From IMG/VR virus record IMGVR_UViG_2724679352_000002, positions 1 through 64,000 of that record: a stretch of DNA of 64,000 bases; one strand, given 5' to 3'. Source of the DNA: an uncultured virus (IMG/VR IMGVR_UViG_2724679352_000002) (taxonomy: Duplodnaviria; Heunggongvirae; Uroviricota; Caudoviricetes). The notes below the pieces were generated by a model, which did not search any database, had not been told where the DNA came from, and saw only the letters and a list, made by a program, of their open reading frames with translations. Below, piece by piece: positions 39,173 to 49,232 of the stretch. The position numbers were made by a program, and so were the translations under genes. How positions within the stretch are numbered: the stretch's first letter is position 1; each line of letters starts with the position of its first letter.

Positions 39173-40112
39173 GAATGAAATTCTCCCGTTCGGGATCGGC
39201 GCTAATGCTAATGTGTTGACCCCGGCTAAATATGAGGCACTGGCGGCGCGAATTGGCGGATTCTCGTCAGGAGTGGCGGCGTCAGAGCAGTTAAATACCG
39301 TTTGGCGTCAATCTACATTTATCGCGTCAGTATTGGCGCAGTTTATTGCCAACAGATCAAATAAGGATGTGCTCGATGATGGAGGCACAGCAGCGCTGCT
39401 AACAAACTTAGAGTTGGCGATTAAAACATATGCAAATAATAATTTACCAGCCGCATCAATCACTGTGGCGGGTATCGCGAAGTTATCGAGTGAAACGAAC
39501 AGCAGCAGCGAGGCTTTGGCTGCAACCCCGAAAGCGGTAAAAACGGTCAGCGATGCGGCATTAAAATCATCAAACAACTTAAGCGAAATCAAAGCTGCTG
39601 GAACAGCTGCGATGGCTGCCGCTATAGACAATCTCGGTATTAGCGCCAATTTAATTCCGGTGGGAACCCCGATACCTTGGCCGACGGCAACGCCGCCCGC
39701 AGGCTGGCTAAAATGTAATGGAAATTCATTTAGCGCGACAACATACCCAAAATTGGCCCTTGTATATCCATCGGGGGTTTTACCAGATTTGCGCGGTGAG
39801 TTCATTCGTGGCTGGGATGACGGAAGAGGAGTTGATGCCGCACGCGCGTTATTAAGTGCGCAGGGTGACGCAATGCGCAATTTAACCGGCAGTTTTAGTG
39901 GCACAACAAATAACGATGCTTCTTCCACTCTTGGGGTTAGCACTGGGGTTTTTGCAGGCAGTACAACATTATTGCCAGCAACAACCGTCACCAGCACTGG
40001 CGCGAATACGCGTCCCGCAACAATGACTATTAACGCAGCATTGCAGGTGCCAACTGCAGCTGAAAACCGGCCCCGCAACGTCGCATTTAACTACATAGTG
40101 AGAGCTGCATAA
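39165..40112 (+). CDS. Tail fibre protein with collar domain
   Basis: AATPKAVK; PVGTPIPWP...DLRGEFIRGWDDGRG...RPRNVAFNYIVRAA. Confidence 0.9.
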   Translation: MAKNEILPFGIGANANVLTPAKYEALAARIGGFSSGVAASEQLNTVWRQSTFIASVLAQFIANRSNKDVLDDGGTAALLTNLELAIKTYANNNLPAASITVAGIAKLSSETNSSSEALAATPKAVKTVSDAALKSSNNLSEIKAAGTAAMAAAIDNLGISANLIPVGTPIPWPTATPPAGWLKCNGNSFSATTYPKLALVYPSGVLPDLRGEFIRGWDDGRGVDAARALLSAQGDAMRNLTGSFSGTTNNDASSTLGVSTGVFAGSTTLLPATTVTSTGANTRPATMTINAALQVPTAAENRPRNVAFNYIVRAA

Positions 40113-40705
40113 TGACTATTGAATTTTTTGATAAAGATGGGTATGCGATCGAGTCTGGTATTGTCACTGTATATAACATTTCATCTGAAACTAGAGAATA
40201 TATTGGAAAGACAGAAGAATTTATCACTGTCGGTACCGGATTACCGGCACACGCATATTTAGATGAACCGCTTAAAGCCAAAAATGGATTTGCCGTATGT
40301 CGAACCAAGGATTTTGATTCTTGGGAATATGTTGCAGACCATCGCGGCGAAACGCGTTATAGCACAATAACAAAACATGAAATAATGATTAAAGAGCTGG
40401 GCGAATATCCGCAAGACTCGACAAATCTTATTCCATTTGAATTTGGCAAATGGAATGGAACCACTTGGATTGTTGATGAATCAGAAAAATCAGCAGCAAC
40501 AATACAATCTGCGGCGCTCAAAAAAGCAGAACTGAAATCTATTGCTGACTCTGAAATTAGTTGGCGGCAAGATGCGGTTGATGGGGGTTATGCCGAGCCG
40601 GAAGAAATAGTTGATATCGCGACATGGAAGAAATATCGAGTGCTATTAATGCGTATTGACACATCAAAAGCCCCAAATGTTGAATGGCCAGTAGCGCCAG
40701 AGTAA
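40112..40705 (+). CDS. tfa: Tail fibre assembly protein
   Basis: DHRGET.Y...WKKYRVLLMRIDTS.AP...WP. Confidence 0.9.
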   Translation: MTIEFFDKDGYAIESGIVTVYNISSETREYIGKTEEFITVGTGLPAHAYLDEPLKAKNGFAVCRTKDFDSWEYVADHRGETRYSTITKHEIMIKELGEYPQDSTNLIPFEFGKWNGTTWIVDESEKSAATIQSAALKKAELKSIADSEISWRQDAVDGGYAEPEEIVDIATWKKYRVLLMRIDTSKAPNVEWPVAPE

Positions 40706-40739
40706 CAATCAAGGCCGGGCTTAATTGCCCGGTCTAACT

Positions 40740-40933
40740 TTGGGTAATATATCCAAGTTATTGTTCCTAACTTGAGGGTTCATGATTTGGTAACTTATTG
40801 ATTATATTATTACTCTATCAATGCTCATGTTAGGATGGCTAAACTTAACCCTATGATTTAAATTAATAAAGCGCAGATTTTAAAATCNNNNNNNNNNNNN
40901 NNNNNNNNNNNNNNNNNNNNNNNNNNNNNNNNN
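40740..40933 (+). other. attR: IHF site plus core duplicating the 3' part of tRNA-Leu(TAA) (core mostly N)
   Basis: TAACTTATTGATT IHF match at 40791; TTTAAAATC followed by 46 N. Confidence 0.7.
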
Positions 40934-40946
40934 TGAGTATGTCGTT

Positions 40947-40970
40947 AACCGCCGAGAGGCGGTTTTTTTG
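40947..40970 (+). terminator. Intrinsic terminator after tRNA 3' duplication
   Basis: AACCGCC-GAGA-GGCGGTTTTTTT. Confidence 0.85.
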
Positions 40971-40998
40971 TTTTTACTGATCGTGAAAAACTGGAAAG

Positions 40999-41028
40999 TG
41001 GCGACAGAATGGCGACACCTTGGCGGCG
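40999..41028 (+). repeat. Putative integrase arm-type repeats of the P2-like element
   Basis: TGGCGACA, TGGCGACA, TGGCGGCG at 11-bp period next to ogr. Confidence 0.55.
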
Positions 41029-41124
41029 AAGCTTTTTTGAGCAGGATAGATTGACCGTAATTTAGGTGAAAAAAATCCCGCGAAAGCGGGATGAGGGCAG
41101 GGTAGATAAATTTATTTTCAGCCG

Positions 41125-41340
41125 TCAGAACATAACAACCTGGCCGCCGGTTTGCGGGTGGGGTATCACAGGGTTAATCTCACCGGGCTTTGATATTGAA
41201 CGCATAAAACTTTCCATCGTCACAAAGGTATGGCCGCAATTCACATTAATGCACTGGTGATAGCGCTCTTTGGTTTCTGTGGTGATCTGGCTGCTGCTGC
41301 GGGTATGAGCTGCGCTATGGCATAAAGGGCAATTGAACAT
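41125..41340 (-). CDS. ogr: Ogr/Delta late activator
   Basis: MFNCPLC...ERYHQC.NVNCGHTFVT. Confidence 0.95.
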   Translation of the reverse strand: MFNCPLCHSAAHTRSSSQITTETKERYHQCINVNCGHTFVTMESFMRSISKPGEINPVIPHPQTGGQVVMF

Positions 41341-41414
41341 GATCCGGACTCCGGCATCATCCCGACTAGGGTCGGTGTTAATGATAATTATGCGTGATTA
41401 TTGATTAAAAATCA

Positions 41415-42521
41415 TCATTCCATATCCAAATCATCTATTTTCACTTCCAGCTCGAGCGCGGTGGTAAAACCGCTGTCACTCACAGAGTGGGTCACAGTGA
41501 CCAGCGTCCAGTCAGCTTCATCAATCTGCTTTTTGAATCCGGTCACTTTAACCGGCACTTCTGGATAGAGATCTGCGCGGCCTTTGGCAAGCTGGATAGA
41601 AAACTTAGCCGCACCACGTTGCAGCCGTTCCCAATTAGATTTAGCCGCCCGCTGCGCATTGTGTTTATTGGCGTAAGTGGTGCGCAATGTCAGCACATTT
41701 TCATCGGTGCCAATCAGGTATTCGCCCTGTTTTTCTTCCGGTTGTTTGGGCTTGGCGGTGCTGGCGGTCTTACGTTTTCGCTTACGCTTTACTTTTACCT
41801 CCGGTTTTTCGGTGGTGCGGGTATTCAGCCAGTTAGCCACCACGCCGGTATAAGCGCCCCGGTCAGCCATACTAAATTGATGGCCGTCGCCCAGGCTGCG
41901 AATAATAGTCATGGCCGGGATAGGTTTACCACTGGCGGTTTTCGCCTGGCCCTGACGGATAAATAACAGATTGCCATTTTTTACGGCGGCGATAGCACCG
42001 TATTGCTTTGCTAATCGGGTAATTAAATTGCCGTCTGATTCATTGGTTTGGTCTATATGATCAACGGCCAGATCAGACATGACTTTATTTAATGTCGGAG
42101 TGAGTTTATTGCGCTCGGCAATTATTTTAATCATCCCGCCAATAGTGGTTTTATGATAAGACTGGTCGCGGCGAATATTGAGCGTTTCACGAAAATCAGC
42201 ACTGCGGGCGCGAATAGTCAGCTTATCCGGCGCGCCGCTGTGCTCTATCTCATCCACGGTGAATGTGCCTTTATCAATCAGCGCTGCCCCTTTCCAGCCT
42301 AGTGCCACTGCTATTTTAGCCCCGCGCCGGGGTAGCACTAATTGGCCGTCTGAATCATCAAGCTCAATATCAAGCTGATCCGCTTCAAAACCGCGATTAT
42401 CGGTCAGGGTTAATGACATCAGTCGCTTTTTAATACCGCCGCTTTTATCTATTCCATCTACGGTAATAGAATAATCCGGCGCGTTATGACCGTTATTTAA
42501 CAGACTATCAATCATGTTCAT
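41415..42521 (-). CDS. D: P2 gpD tail/baseplate hub
   Basis: LTLTDNRGFEADQLDIELDD. Confidence 0.95.
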   Translation of the reverse strand: MNMIDSLLNNGHNAPDYSITVDGIDKSGGIKKRLMSLTLTDNRGFEADQLDIELDDSDGQLVLPRRGAKIAVALGWKGAALIDKGTFTVDEIEHSGAPDKLTIRARSADFRETLNIRRDQSYHKTTIGGMIKIIAERNKLTPTLNKVMSDLAVDHIDQTNESDGNLITRLAKQYGAIAAVKNGNLLFIRQGQAKTASGKPIPAMTIIRSLGDGHQFSMADRGAYTGVVANWLNTRTTEKPEVKVKRKRKRKTASTAKPKQPEEKQGEYLIGTDENVLTLRTTYANKHNAQRAAKSNWERLQRGAAKFSIQLAKGRADLYPEVPVKVTGFKKQIDEADWTLVTVTHSVSDSGFTTALELEVKIDDLDME

Positions 42522-42982
42522 GATAATAACCCGCTGGCGGCGTCAGAGACCTGGGAGGCGATATCGTCAAATTGCTGGGATAAATCACCAAACATTTCTT
42601 TTAATGATTCGTCAGTGCGCTTTAATGTTAGCGTGAATTCAATCTTGCGTGCCGATCCGTCACTGAAAAATATACTTTTGGTACGGCTAAGACTCTCAAT
42701 CACAAACATGCCGTGAATAGCTCCGTTCCCCTCAATCAGTGACCAGGCTTTGCCGGTTTCCGCCATTAGCTGCAAGGCCATGAGCGAGGCTTTACCGCCG
42801 GTCAATTCAGGGTATAACACGCCGGATAGGGTAATTGATTCCTCGTCTGGCCCTAAAAATTGGCTGCTTGGTCGCTTGCCAATACGGGCATTGGACGGGT
42901 GACGCCATGCCATTTGATGCTGAAAATCTTGATAGGGGACGGTTTGCAGCATAAAGACAAACATCCCAAATGCCATCATCAT
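42518..42982 (-). CDS. U: P2 gpU
   Basis: FVFMLQTVPYQ...SGVLYPELTGG. Confidence 0.95.
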   Translation of the reverse strand: MMMAFGMFVFMLQTVPYQDFQHQMAWRHPSNARIGKRPSSQFLGPDEESITLSGVLYPELTGGKASLMALQLMAETGKAWSLIEGNGAIHGMFVIESLSRTKSIFFSDGSARKIEFTLTLKRTDESLKEMFGDLSQQFDDIASQVSDAASGLLS

Positions 42983-42991
42983 GTTAACTCC

Positions 42992-45916
42992 TTAGTCGTC
43001 ATGGTCTTGGTAGCTGCGGTTTGATTTGCTTTGCGTGCTTCGGTGATAGACCGCCAGCTGGCGAGCCACTTCCCGCGCAATATCCTGCGCATCCTGCTGT
43101 GGCGTAGGGTAAATATTGATAATGGGCGCGACATGGCTGGTTTGGTTTTGCGGCGGGTTATTGGTCTGGCCGCTGTGATTACTGCGGTACTGTGCCGCCG
43201 GTAAACTGTACGGATGAAGCGGTGCAGTGGCAGCTTGATAGCCACTAAATAGCATGGACGCTGCAACCGCCATCGCGGTAGTATTGCGGCGGCCAGTGAC
43301 TTGCGCCGGGCCGTTAATGATTTCAGGACCATGCTCACCGACTACGCCAAATTTACCCAATGGGATATCACCGCCGTTATCATATTCACCAGTATATTTC
43401 GCGGCGATATCAGCGGCACTGTTACCCTTGGGGACAGGCTTCCATGTAATACCGTAATTACCTGCGGCGGCAGCTACCGCCGGATTGCTCTGTGCCAGTT
43501 CGCGGGTTTTCTCTGAGCGCTGTTTCACTTCATCCAGCTTTTCCAATACCCACTTAATGGATGAAATTAGCGCGTTAAGTGGCGTCATTGCCAGGCTAAT
43601 ACCATCGGCCAGGAACTTACCGAAAGATTTACCCGCATCGGCAGCGCTGTTTAAATCGGCGGTGGTTGATTGCACCGGCTCCAGTAACTTTTTAAACCAG
43701 TTCCACACGTTTTTCACCGCATCACCAATCCAGTCAAATACCGGCCCCAGCGGCTTAAGAGCCTCTCTAATCGGTGCGGCGGCTTGCATAAAGCCATCCA
43801 CCACGCCGCTGAGAAATGACTTAATCGGATTCCAATACTTGTAAATCAACAGGCCAGCGCCCGCGATAGCCGCACCAATCAGGCCGATAGGGCTAATTAA
43901 GATCCCGAACATGCCCCCTAAGCCGCCAAGAGCAAAACGCAGGAATTTAAGCGGGGATTTAGCCAGCCAGCTAATACCATTACCCAACATTTTAAAACCG
44001 CTGATACCGGATTTAACCGGCGAACGCACCACATTAACCAGACCATTCCCCAGTCCTTTAAGGGTGGCAATCGCCGACTGACCGCCATTTTTAGACAGAG
44101 TAAGTAGTGAGCGGCTAAAGTTGCCGATCTGCTGGGTAGTGATGGGTGTAGTGCTCGCCAGTCTGGACATACCAAACGACAGTTGCGGCAACAGCCGAAT
44201 ACCTAATACCGAGGTGGTAAAACGTAGCAGAGCAAACGGCCCCAAAATACCGACAACAGCGATAGCCAATGCACCGAATGCGGCGGTAGCAATAGCGACA
44301 GCGGTACCCACCTGCACAATGCCAAGGCTGATTTTGGGATGGGCTTTGAGGAACTCGGCCACACCATGCATAAACTCGGTAATGCTTTTGGCTGTTGACC
44401 TAAGCCATGCGTCATTCTTCTCAAACAGTTCAACGCTGACGTTTTCCAAGGCGGCATGAATAATGGTCATATCGCCTTTCAGGTTATCCAGCATGGTTGA
44501 TGCTACGCGCGGTGCTTCGCCATCATACTCGCCGGGCTGACCGCGCATCTTTTCTAACGAGCCATCAGCGGCCGCATGCATCAGCACGCTAAAACCAGTG
44601 TTGGCGTATGCACCAGCAATGTTTTTAAAAATAGCCCCGCGCTCAACGTTACCCATTTTTGCGGTTTTCTCATTGATATCTTTGAGGATATCAACCAGAT
44701 CGCGCATATTGCCGTCTTTATCGGCGGTCTTAACCCCTAAGTCTTTTAGCGTTTTAGAGCCGCCAATGCGACTTAAAATACTGCGCATAGTAGTACCAGC
44801 CTGGCTCCCTTGAATACCAGCACTGCCCAGCATAGCAGTAGACGCCGCGACCGTTTCCAAGCTCTGCCCGTAATCGCGACCGACGGCCCCAGAATACTTC
44901 ATGGATTCGCCCAGCATCGGGATATCGACGTTGTTGCGGGTAAACAGGGCAGTAAGCACATCGGCCACCCGATCCATTTTCTCTGCTGGTATCCCCATCG
45001 CGGTTTGAATATTAGACGCAATATCCGCTGCGGTGCCGAGATCGATATCACCGGCCGCCGCCAAATTCAGCATACCCGGCATCGCCCCTAATACCTGTTT
45101 CGGGCTATAACCGGTACGACCAAGAAAATATTGCCCTTGCGCCACTTCCAGATCGGTAAATTTAGAGGACAGCGGCAAGGTACGGGCCTGATGGCGCATA
45201 GCTTGCATATCCGGTGAGTTTTTATCAGGAATACGGGTAACGGCTTGGGTTTTACTCATCATGCCGTCAAATTCATAACCGACATGCAAGGCGTTCCCAA
45301 TCCCGCGGCCCATGGCGCGGCCGGTGGAGAGCGAGGTGTAACCCAATCCGGCGGCAATGGCTTTGCGCTGATTGCTGCTATCAAAGCGGTTACGGGCGGC
45401 GCTGAGGCGCTGTTGCTGCTGGGCTTGCTGTTCTAATCGGCGCTGTTGTGCGGTCAGTGCGGCGGTGGTGCTGGTGATATTGGCTTTAAGGGATCGCTGT
45501 GCCTGGCCTAATCGGTTGGTGGCAATGCCGCTGCTTTGCAATGCTCTGCGCTGGGTATGTAGCGCGGTGCGTAAATCATTGTATTTTTGTTTTAGCTTGG
45601 CGGCCTCTTCGCTGGCGCGGCGAAACTCTCTGGCCTGTTTAGCGGTGGGCGCGGCACTGTTTTTTAATTCATTGGCAAGCTGGCGCGCTTTATCGCGGGC
45701 AGCGGCTAGCGCCTGAGCAGCACCATTAACCGCCACTTTATTCTTGCGAAAGCCCTCAATGTTAGCCGCCTGGCTATTGAGTTGTTTAAGCTCTTGCTTG
45801 GAGTTTTTAATGGATGCGGCCAGCATTTTATTGCTGGCCAACATAGATTTAAATGGCTTGGTAACTTTATCAATGGCACTTAAAGAAACCTGCAAGCGGA
45901 GGTTCTTATCGCTCAT
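42992..45916 (-). CDS. T: P2 gpT tape measure
   Basis: TP901-like core GIQGSQAGT; C-terminal VGEHGPEI. Confidence 0.95.
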   Translation of the reverse strand: MSDKNLRLQVSLSAIDKVTKPFKSMLASNKMLAASIKNSKQELKQLNSQAANIEGFRKNKVAVNGAAQALAAARDKARQLANELKNSAAPTAKQAREFRRASEEAAKLKQKYNDLRTALHTQRRALQSSGIATNRLGQAQRSLKANITSTTAALTAQQRRLEQQAQQQQRLSAARNRFDSSNQRKAIAAGLGYTSLSTGRAMGRGIGNALHVGYEFDGMMSKTQAVTRIPDKNSPDMQAMRHQARTLPLSSKFTDLEVAQGQYFLGRTGYSPKQVLGAMPGMLNLAAAGDIDLGTAADIASNIQTAMGIPAEKMDRVADVLTALFTRNNVDIPMLGESMKYSGAVGRDYGQSLETVAASTAMLGSAGIQGSQAGTTMRSILSRIGGSKTLKDLGVKTADKDGNMRDLVDILKDINEKTAKMGNVERGAIFKNIAGAYANTGFSVLMHAAADGSLEKMRGQPGEYDGEAPRVASTMLDNLKGDMTIIHAALENVSVELFEKNDAWLRSTAKSITEFMHGVAEFLKAHPKISLGIVQVGTAVAIATAAFGALAIAVVGILGPFALLRFTTSVLGIRLLPQLSFGMSRLASTTPITTQQIGNFSRSLLTLSKNGGQSAIATLKGLGNGLVNVVRSPVKSGISGFKMLGNGISWLAKSPLKFLRFALGGLGGMFGILISPIGLIGAAIAGAGLLIYKYWNPIKSFLSGVVDGFMQAAAPIREALKPLGPVFDWIGDAVKNVWNWFKKLLEPVQSTTADLNSAADAGKSFGKFLADGISLAMTPLNALISSIKWVLEKLDEVKQRSEKTRELAQSNPAVAAAAGNYGITWKPVPKGNSAADIAAKYTGEYDNGGDIPLGKFGVVGEHGPEIINGPAQVTGRRNTTAMAVAASMLFSGYQAATAPLHPYSLPAAQYRSNHSGQTNNPPQNQTSHVAPIINIYPTPQQDAQDIAREVARQLAVYHRSTQSKSNRSYQDHDD

Positions 45917-46089
45917 CACTGCCCCCGTTACGGATTATGGCCTTATGTCGCCATGCTAAAAGCTCACCTACAGTCATCGGGTCGGTGGCTGATGGCGGCC
46001 AATGGAATACCACGGCAATATCAGCCACCAAATCATCAACCGTCAGGCTTTCAGGTAATCGGACTTGACCGAGTTCGGTAAGAAAAAAA
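45906..46089 (-). CDS. E': P2 gpE' -1 frameshift extension
   Basis: T7 tract 46083-46089; -1 frame ...ADIAVVFHWPPS...WRHKA. Confidence 0.85.
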
Positions 46090-46396
46090 TAGCCAACGCC
46101 TGAGACAGCGCGTAGATATCAGCTGGATCAAGATTGCTGATTTCTGGCACGGTCAGGTTAGGGGTGGTGATGCGAGGTAATACTCGGATCAGCGCGTCAA
46201 CATCGGTATCTAACAGCGCTTGCAATTTAGCCCCGCGCAATGCGCCAGCGGTGGGTTTATTGACCGTCACTTCGGTAATGGTGGTATTACCTCGGACAAT
46301 AGGCACATCCAATGTGATCACATTGAATTTGTCTTGCTCCAACGCTACGGTATCAATCACCGCGTTGGTTTCGTTTTCTGCTTTAACTTCTTTCAT
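46043..46396 (-). CDS. E: P2 gpE tail assembly chaperone
   Basis: KPTAGALRG...VLPRIT.P. Confidence 0.9.
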   Translation of the reverse strand: MKEVKAENETNAVIDTVALEQDKFNVITLDVPIVRGNTTITEVTVNKPTAGALRGAKLQALLDTDVDALIRVLPRITTPNLTVPEISNLDPADIYALSQALAIFFLPNSVKSDYLKA

Positions 46397-46449
46397 GATG
46401 GCTATCCAAAAATAAAGGGTAAAGGCGCGGAGCATTCCACACCGTGATG

Positions 46450-46965
46450 TTACAAGCCGATATTGCGGCGGTGGGCTTCCAACATGTTCACGCCATTGAC
46501 TATTTCGACCATATTCACAATGTCGATTTCAATCAACACTTCACCGTCCCACGTCAGTTTGTAGTAGGTGTTTTTAGTGGAAATCTTGGTGGTGGTGTTA
46601 TCGCCTTGCTTGCTGTCACCGCCGTCGATTTCTTCATGACGGCCACGCATCACAATTTCTACTGCGTGGGTTTCGCCGGTATCGTCGCGCTGATAAGAGC
46701 CAGCAAAACGCAACATCACGCCATCGACTTTTGTCACCCCCCATTGCTTGTAAATCTCTGACTCAATGCCGCCCAGCGTCCAGTCAACATCTAGTGCGCC
46801 ATCCGCCAGTCCTAAATCGACCTTGGCGCTGCCGTTCATCCCGCCACCGCGAAACTCTTCAAATTTGCGGTTCAATTTTGGCAAGGTGATGGACTCAACC
46901 ACCCCTTGATAGCTGTTCCCGTTAACGAACACATTCAGGAACTTAAGTTTGCGTGGTAATGCCAT
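46450..46965 (-). CDS. FII: P2 major tail tube
   Basis: MALPRKLK...RGGGM...RFAGSYQRDD. Confidence 0.95.
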   Translation of the reverse strand: MALPRKLKFLNVFVNGNSYQGVVESITLPKLNRKFEEFRGGGMNGSAKVDLGLADGALDVDWTLGGIESEIYKQWGVTKVDGVMLRFAGSYQRDDTGETHAVEIVMRGRHEEIDGGDSKQGDNTTTKISTKNTYYKLTWDGEVLIEIDIVNMVEIVNGVNMLEAHRRNIGL

Positions 46966-46978
46966 GGTTTAAGCTCCC

Positions 46979-48154
46979 TTAGCTGTTAACTGCGGCGGCG
47001 AAATTAGCCAGATGACGATCGGTAATCCGCTGACGCAGGGTTAAATCCTCCAGCGGCGGTACCGGCGTATAGTCGTAATCAATAAGCAAGCGGCCCGCTT
47101 TGAGTGTGTCTTTATCGTTCACGCTTTCGTCATACCAGCAGTCGCCATCAATGATGTAACCCATTGTTTTGAGTTCGCGCATTTTGGCGCGGATACCCTC
47201 AATAATGTCTTTTACTATTGATGGATTCAGCGACTTATCGTTGGCCCACATGTGCGCCTCGGCCATGGTGTCAGCCAATACCTGTGCGGTGCGGGTGTAG
47301 TTCTCAAAGGCAAATAACGGATCATCGGAGCAAGAACGGGAACCCCAAAAACGGTAACCGTCTTTACGGATCAGAGTGGTAATGTCTTTACTGTTGAGCA
47401 AGTTGGCATCGGTGGCGCTGGATTGCAGATCCCAGAATACGTCCGCGCTAATACCAGTGACACCATTCACCCCGACGTTAGACAAGGACTTATGCCAGCC
47501 AACATCATTATCAATCTTGGCACGTAAGCCCAAGGCGCGGGCGGTGGCGTAAGCGGTGGCCTCGGCATTAGTGACCGTGTCCCAACTGAGGAAATCCGGC
47601 CAAATTAACATCGCTTCGCGTTGACTAAAGTTTTCGCGGTAAATAATGGCTTCTTCCATAGTTTTGCAACCGTAGGCGCTGATGTAAGCGAAAGCCCGTA
47701 AATCCTGAGCCACGGAAAGCAGGGCGGTGGATACCGCCAGAGTGTCATGGCCTGGCACCCCCAAAATGCGGGGCTTTACACCGAAACGGCCTTGTGCGGC
47801 CAATAAAGCTTTCATGCCTGTTTTGCGGCCATCTGGCGTGGCACCGCCAATAATATTGGAAGTGGTTTCAGCTTCGGTTTCGCCCTGTGCGACGCGGACA
47901 ACAATGGTAAGTGGTTTGGTTTGGTCGCTAATGGCGGCCAGTGAGTGGGCTAAAGTGCCGGTTTTACCGGCCTTGCCACTGGCGGCCAGTACATCAGTGA
48001 GTAATATCGGGGTATTTAACGGGAATAGGGTGGCGTCAGCATCATCGGAGGTACAGACCATCCCTACCACCGCCGTGCTGACAGTGCGGATCGGGCGAGT
48101 GCCTTCGTTAATTTCAATGACGCGCACACCGTGGTGGTAATCGGTTGCAGACAT
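46979..48154 (-). CDS. FI: P2 tail sheath
   Basis: YHHGVRV.EINEG...YDYTPVPPLE. Confidence 0.95.
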   Translation of the reverse strand: MSATDYHHGVRVIEINEGTRPIRTVSTAVVGMVCTSDDADATLFPLNTPILLTDVLAASGKAGKTGTLAHSLAAISDQTKPLTIVVRVAQGETEAETTSNIIGGATPDGRKTGMKALLAAQGRFGVKPRILGVPGHDTLAVSTALLSVAQDLRAFAYISAYGCKTMEEAIIYRENFSQREAMLIWPDFLSWDTVTNAEATAYATARALGLRAKIDNDVGWHKSLSNVGVNGVTGISADVFWDLQSSATDANLLNSKDITTLIRKDGYRFWGSRSCSDDPLFAFENYTRTAQVLADTMAEAHMWANDKSLNPSIVKDIIEGIRAKMRELKTMGYIIDGDCWYDESVNDKDTLKAGRLLIDYDYTPVPPLEDLTLRQRITDRHLANFAAAVNS

Positions 48155-48240
48155 GCGGTTTTCTCCGGTTAAGCGTTCATTCGCTATGATGCCGGATACA
48201 ATGATGCCGGATAATTAGGCGCGGGACAGGTGATGGGGGT

Positions 48241-48258
48241 TGTGTGAGGGATGGCACA
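48241..48258 (-). promoter_or_regulatory. Ogr-binding site of late promoter pF
   Basis: TGT-N12-ACA: TGTGTGAGGGATGGCACA, identical to 58235-58252. Confidence 0.85.
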
Positions 48259-48470
48259 AAAAAACAGATACGCAGATTCAGCGATATTCTCCACATAAAA
48301 ACCGACTGCATCACGAATATGAGTGCTATGCAGTGTTTCGTGTTGTAGCCGGTTTTTGCGGTGTAACCTTTATATCTCATTGTATTTACGGATCAACTCC
48401 TACAGATTCAAGATTATTGTGGATAGCTCACCGTCAATAAATCTCTTTCAGTGGTGGCCTATCCATTGTG

Positions 48471-48665
48471 TTAGAGGGTGAACGCTAATTCTAGTGACTC
48501 CTCGCTGTCCCGCAGATAAGTACTGTATAACGTATCAATCTGTTGCCACAAAATAAGCAAAAGCACCTCTTTAGTATCGGCACGATCAAGGGTGACGATG
48601 GCGTAAATCAGCGCGCGGCAGTGGTCGATAAGTTCTTCTACTTCGCGGGGGGTGTCATCATACAT
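48471..48665 (-). CDS. Hypothetical 64-aa protein downstream of c4-like RNA
   Basis: GGAGG RBS before MYDDTPRE. Confidence 0.65.
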   Translation of the reverse strand: MYDDTPREVEELIDHCRALIYAIVTLDRADTKEVLLLILWQQIDTLYSTYLRDSEESLELAFTL

Positions 48666-48765
48666 AGCGCACCTCCGGCAGCAGAGGGGCAGATGAAGAA
48701 ACAGGTGTGGGAATAGCAACAATAGTGCAGGTCAATAATGATAGGCGTTTAGTCGTCAGATCCAT
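48658..48765 (-). CDS. 35-aa leader ORF
   Basis: GAGG RBS next to antisense target; stop overlaps next start. Confidence 0.45.
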   Translation of the reverse strand: MDLTTKRLSLLTCTIVAIPTPVSSSAPLLPEVRYV

Positions 48766-48824
48766 GATGACTACCTCTTTGGTAGGGGATTAATCACCAC
48801 CAAGAGACGCTAACCTCAGAGGGT

Positions 48825-48900
48825 GGTGAACTGGGCGGGGTTAGCGTAACCGGCTACCAAAGAACCCGGCGCATCTTGCGATGCCCCCACCCAGTTCACC
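48825..48900 (-). ncRNA. c4-like antisense RNA, copy 1
   Basis: Long closing stem, GCAA hairpin, CCGG stem-loop; two loops complementary to target pairs on both flanks. Confidence 0.75.
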
Positions 48901-49232
48901 GTTTCTTGCATATTACAGGTGTCACTGTGCCCGCACATAATAGCCGTGTCTACGGTTGTGCGCTTTGGTAAATTCCGGGACGCTAATCCCGACAGCGGAT
49001 TTTGCCGCTGCGGCGTGACTATAGCCCAGCGAAGTTATGGCGTGCAATCAGCCCGCATCACTTTAGGACAAACATTTTTTCTGTAAAAATAGGCAGTTAT
49101 CGCGGTGATGCTTTAAAGGATGGATGAGGTAACAAGTAGTAAGGAAGAAAAAGGGAAAGGGGTAATAAACAGCGCAAACAGACGACGTTTAAGGCAACAT
49201 CGCCTGTTAAAAGTAGGGATTTAGCTAGCAAC

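Larger units (their letters stand above)
1..40933. mobile_element. Temperate prophage: lambdoid early region, contractile tail; attL lies left of the window
   Basis: Ordered int-xis-recombination-cI/cro-replication-Q-lysis-terminase-head-tail modules ending at att-like sequence. Confidence 0.95.

Noticed and set aside
39308..40078. 256-aa antisense ORF inside the tail fibre
   Set aside because: Shadow of an Ala/Thr-rich gene; no RBS or motifs. The same applies to the many short antisense ORFs in structural genes
40879..40933. Annotating a complete tRNA gene
   Set aside because: The 5' half is absent upstream and the rest is N; treated as att core only
48186..48213. ATGATGCCGGATA tandem duplication in the pF promoter region
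   Set aside because: Real but only two copies; effect on the promoter cannot be judged
48177..48440. Overlapping 66-67 aa ORFs upstream of FI
   Set aside because: They overlap the Ogr site/promoter and lack RBS or motifs
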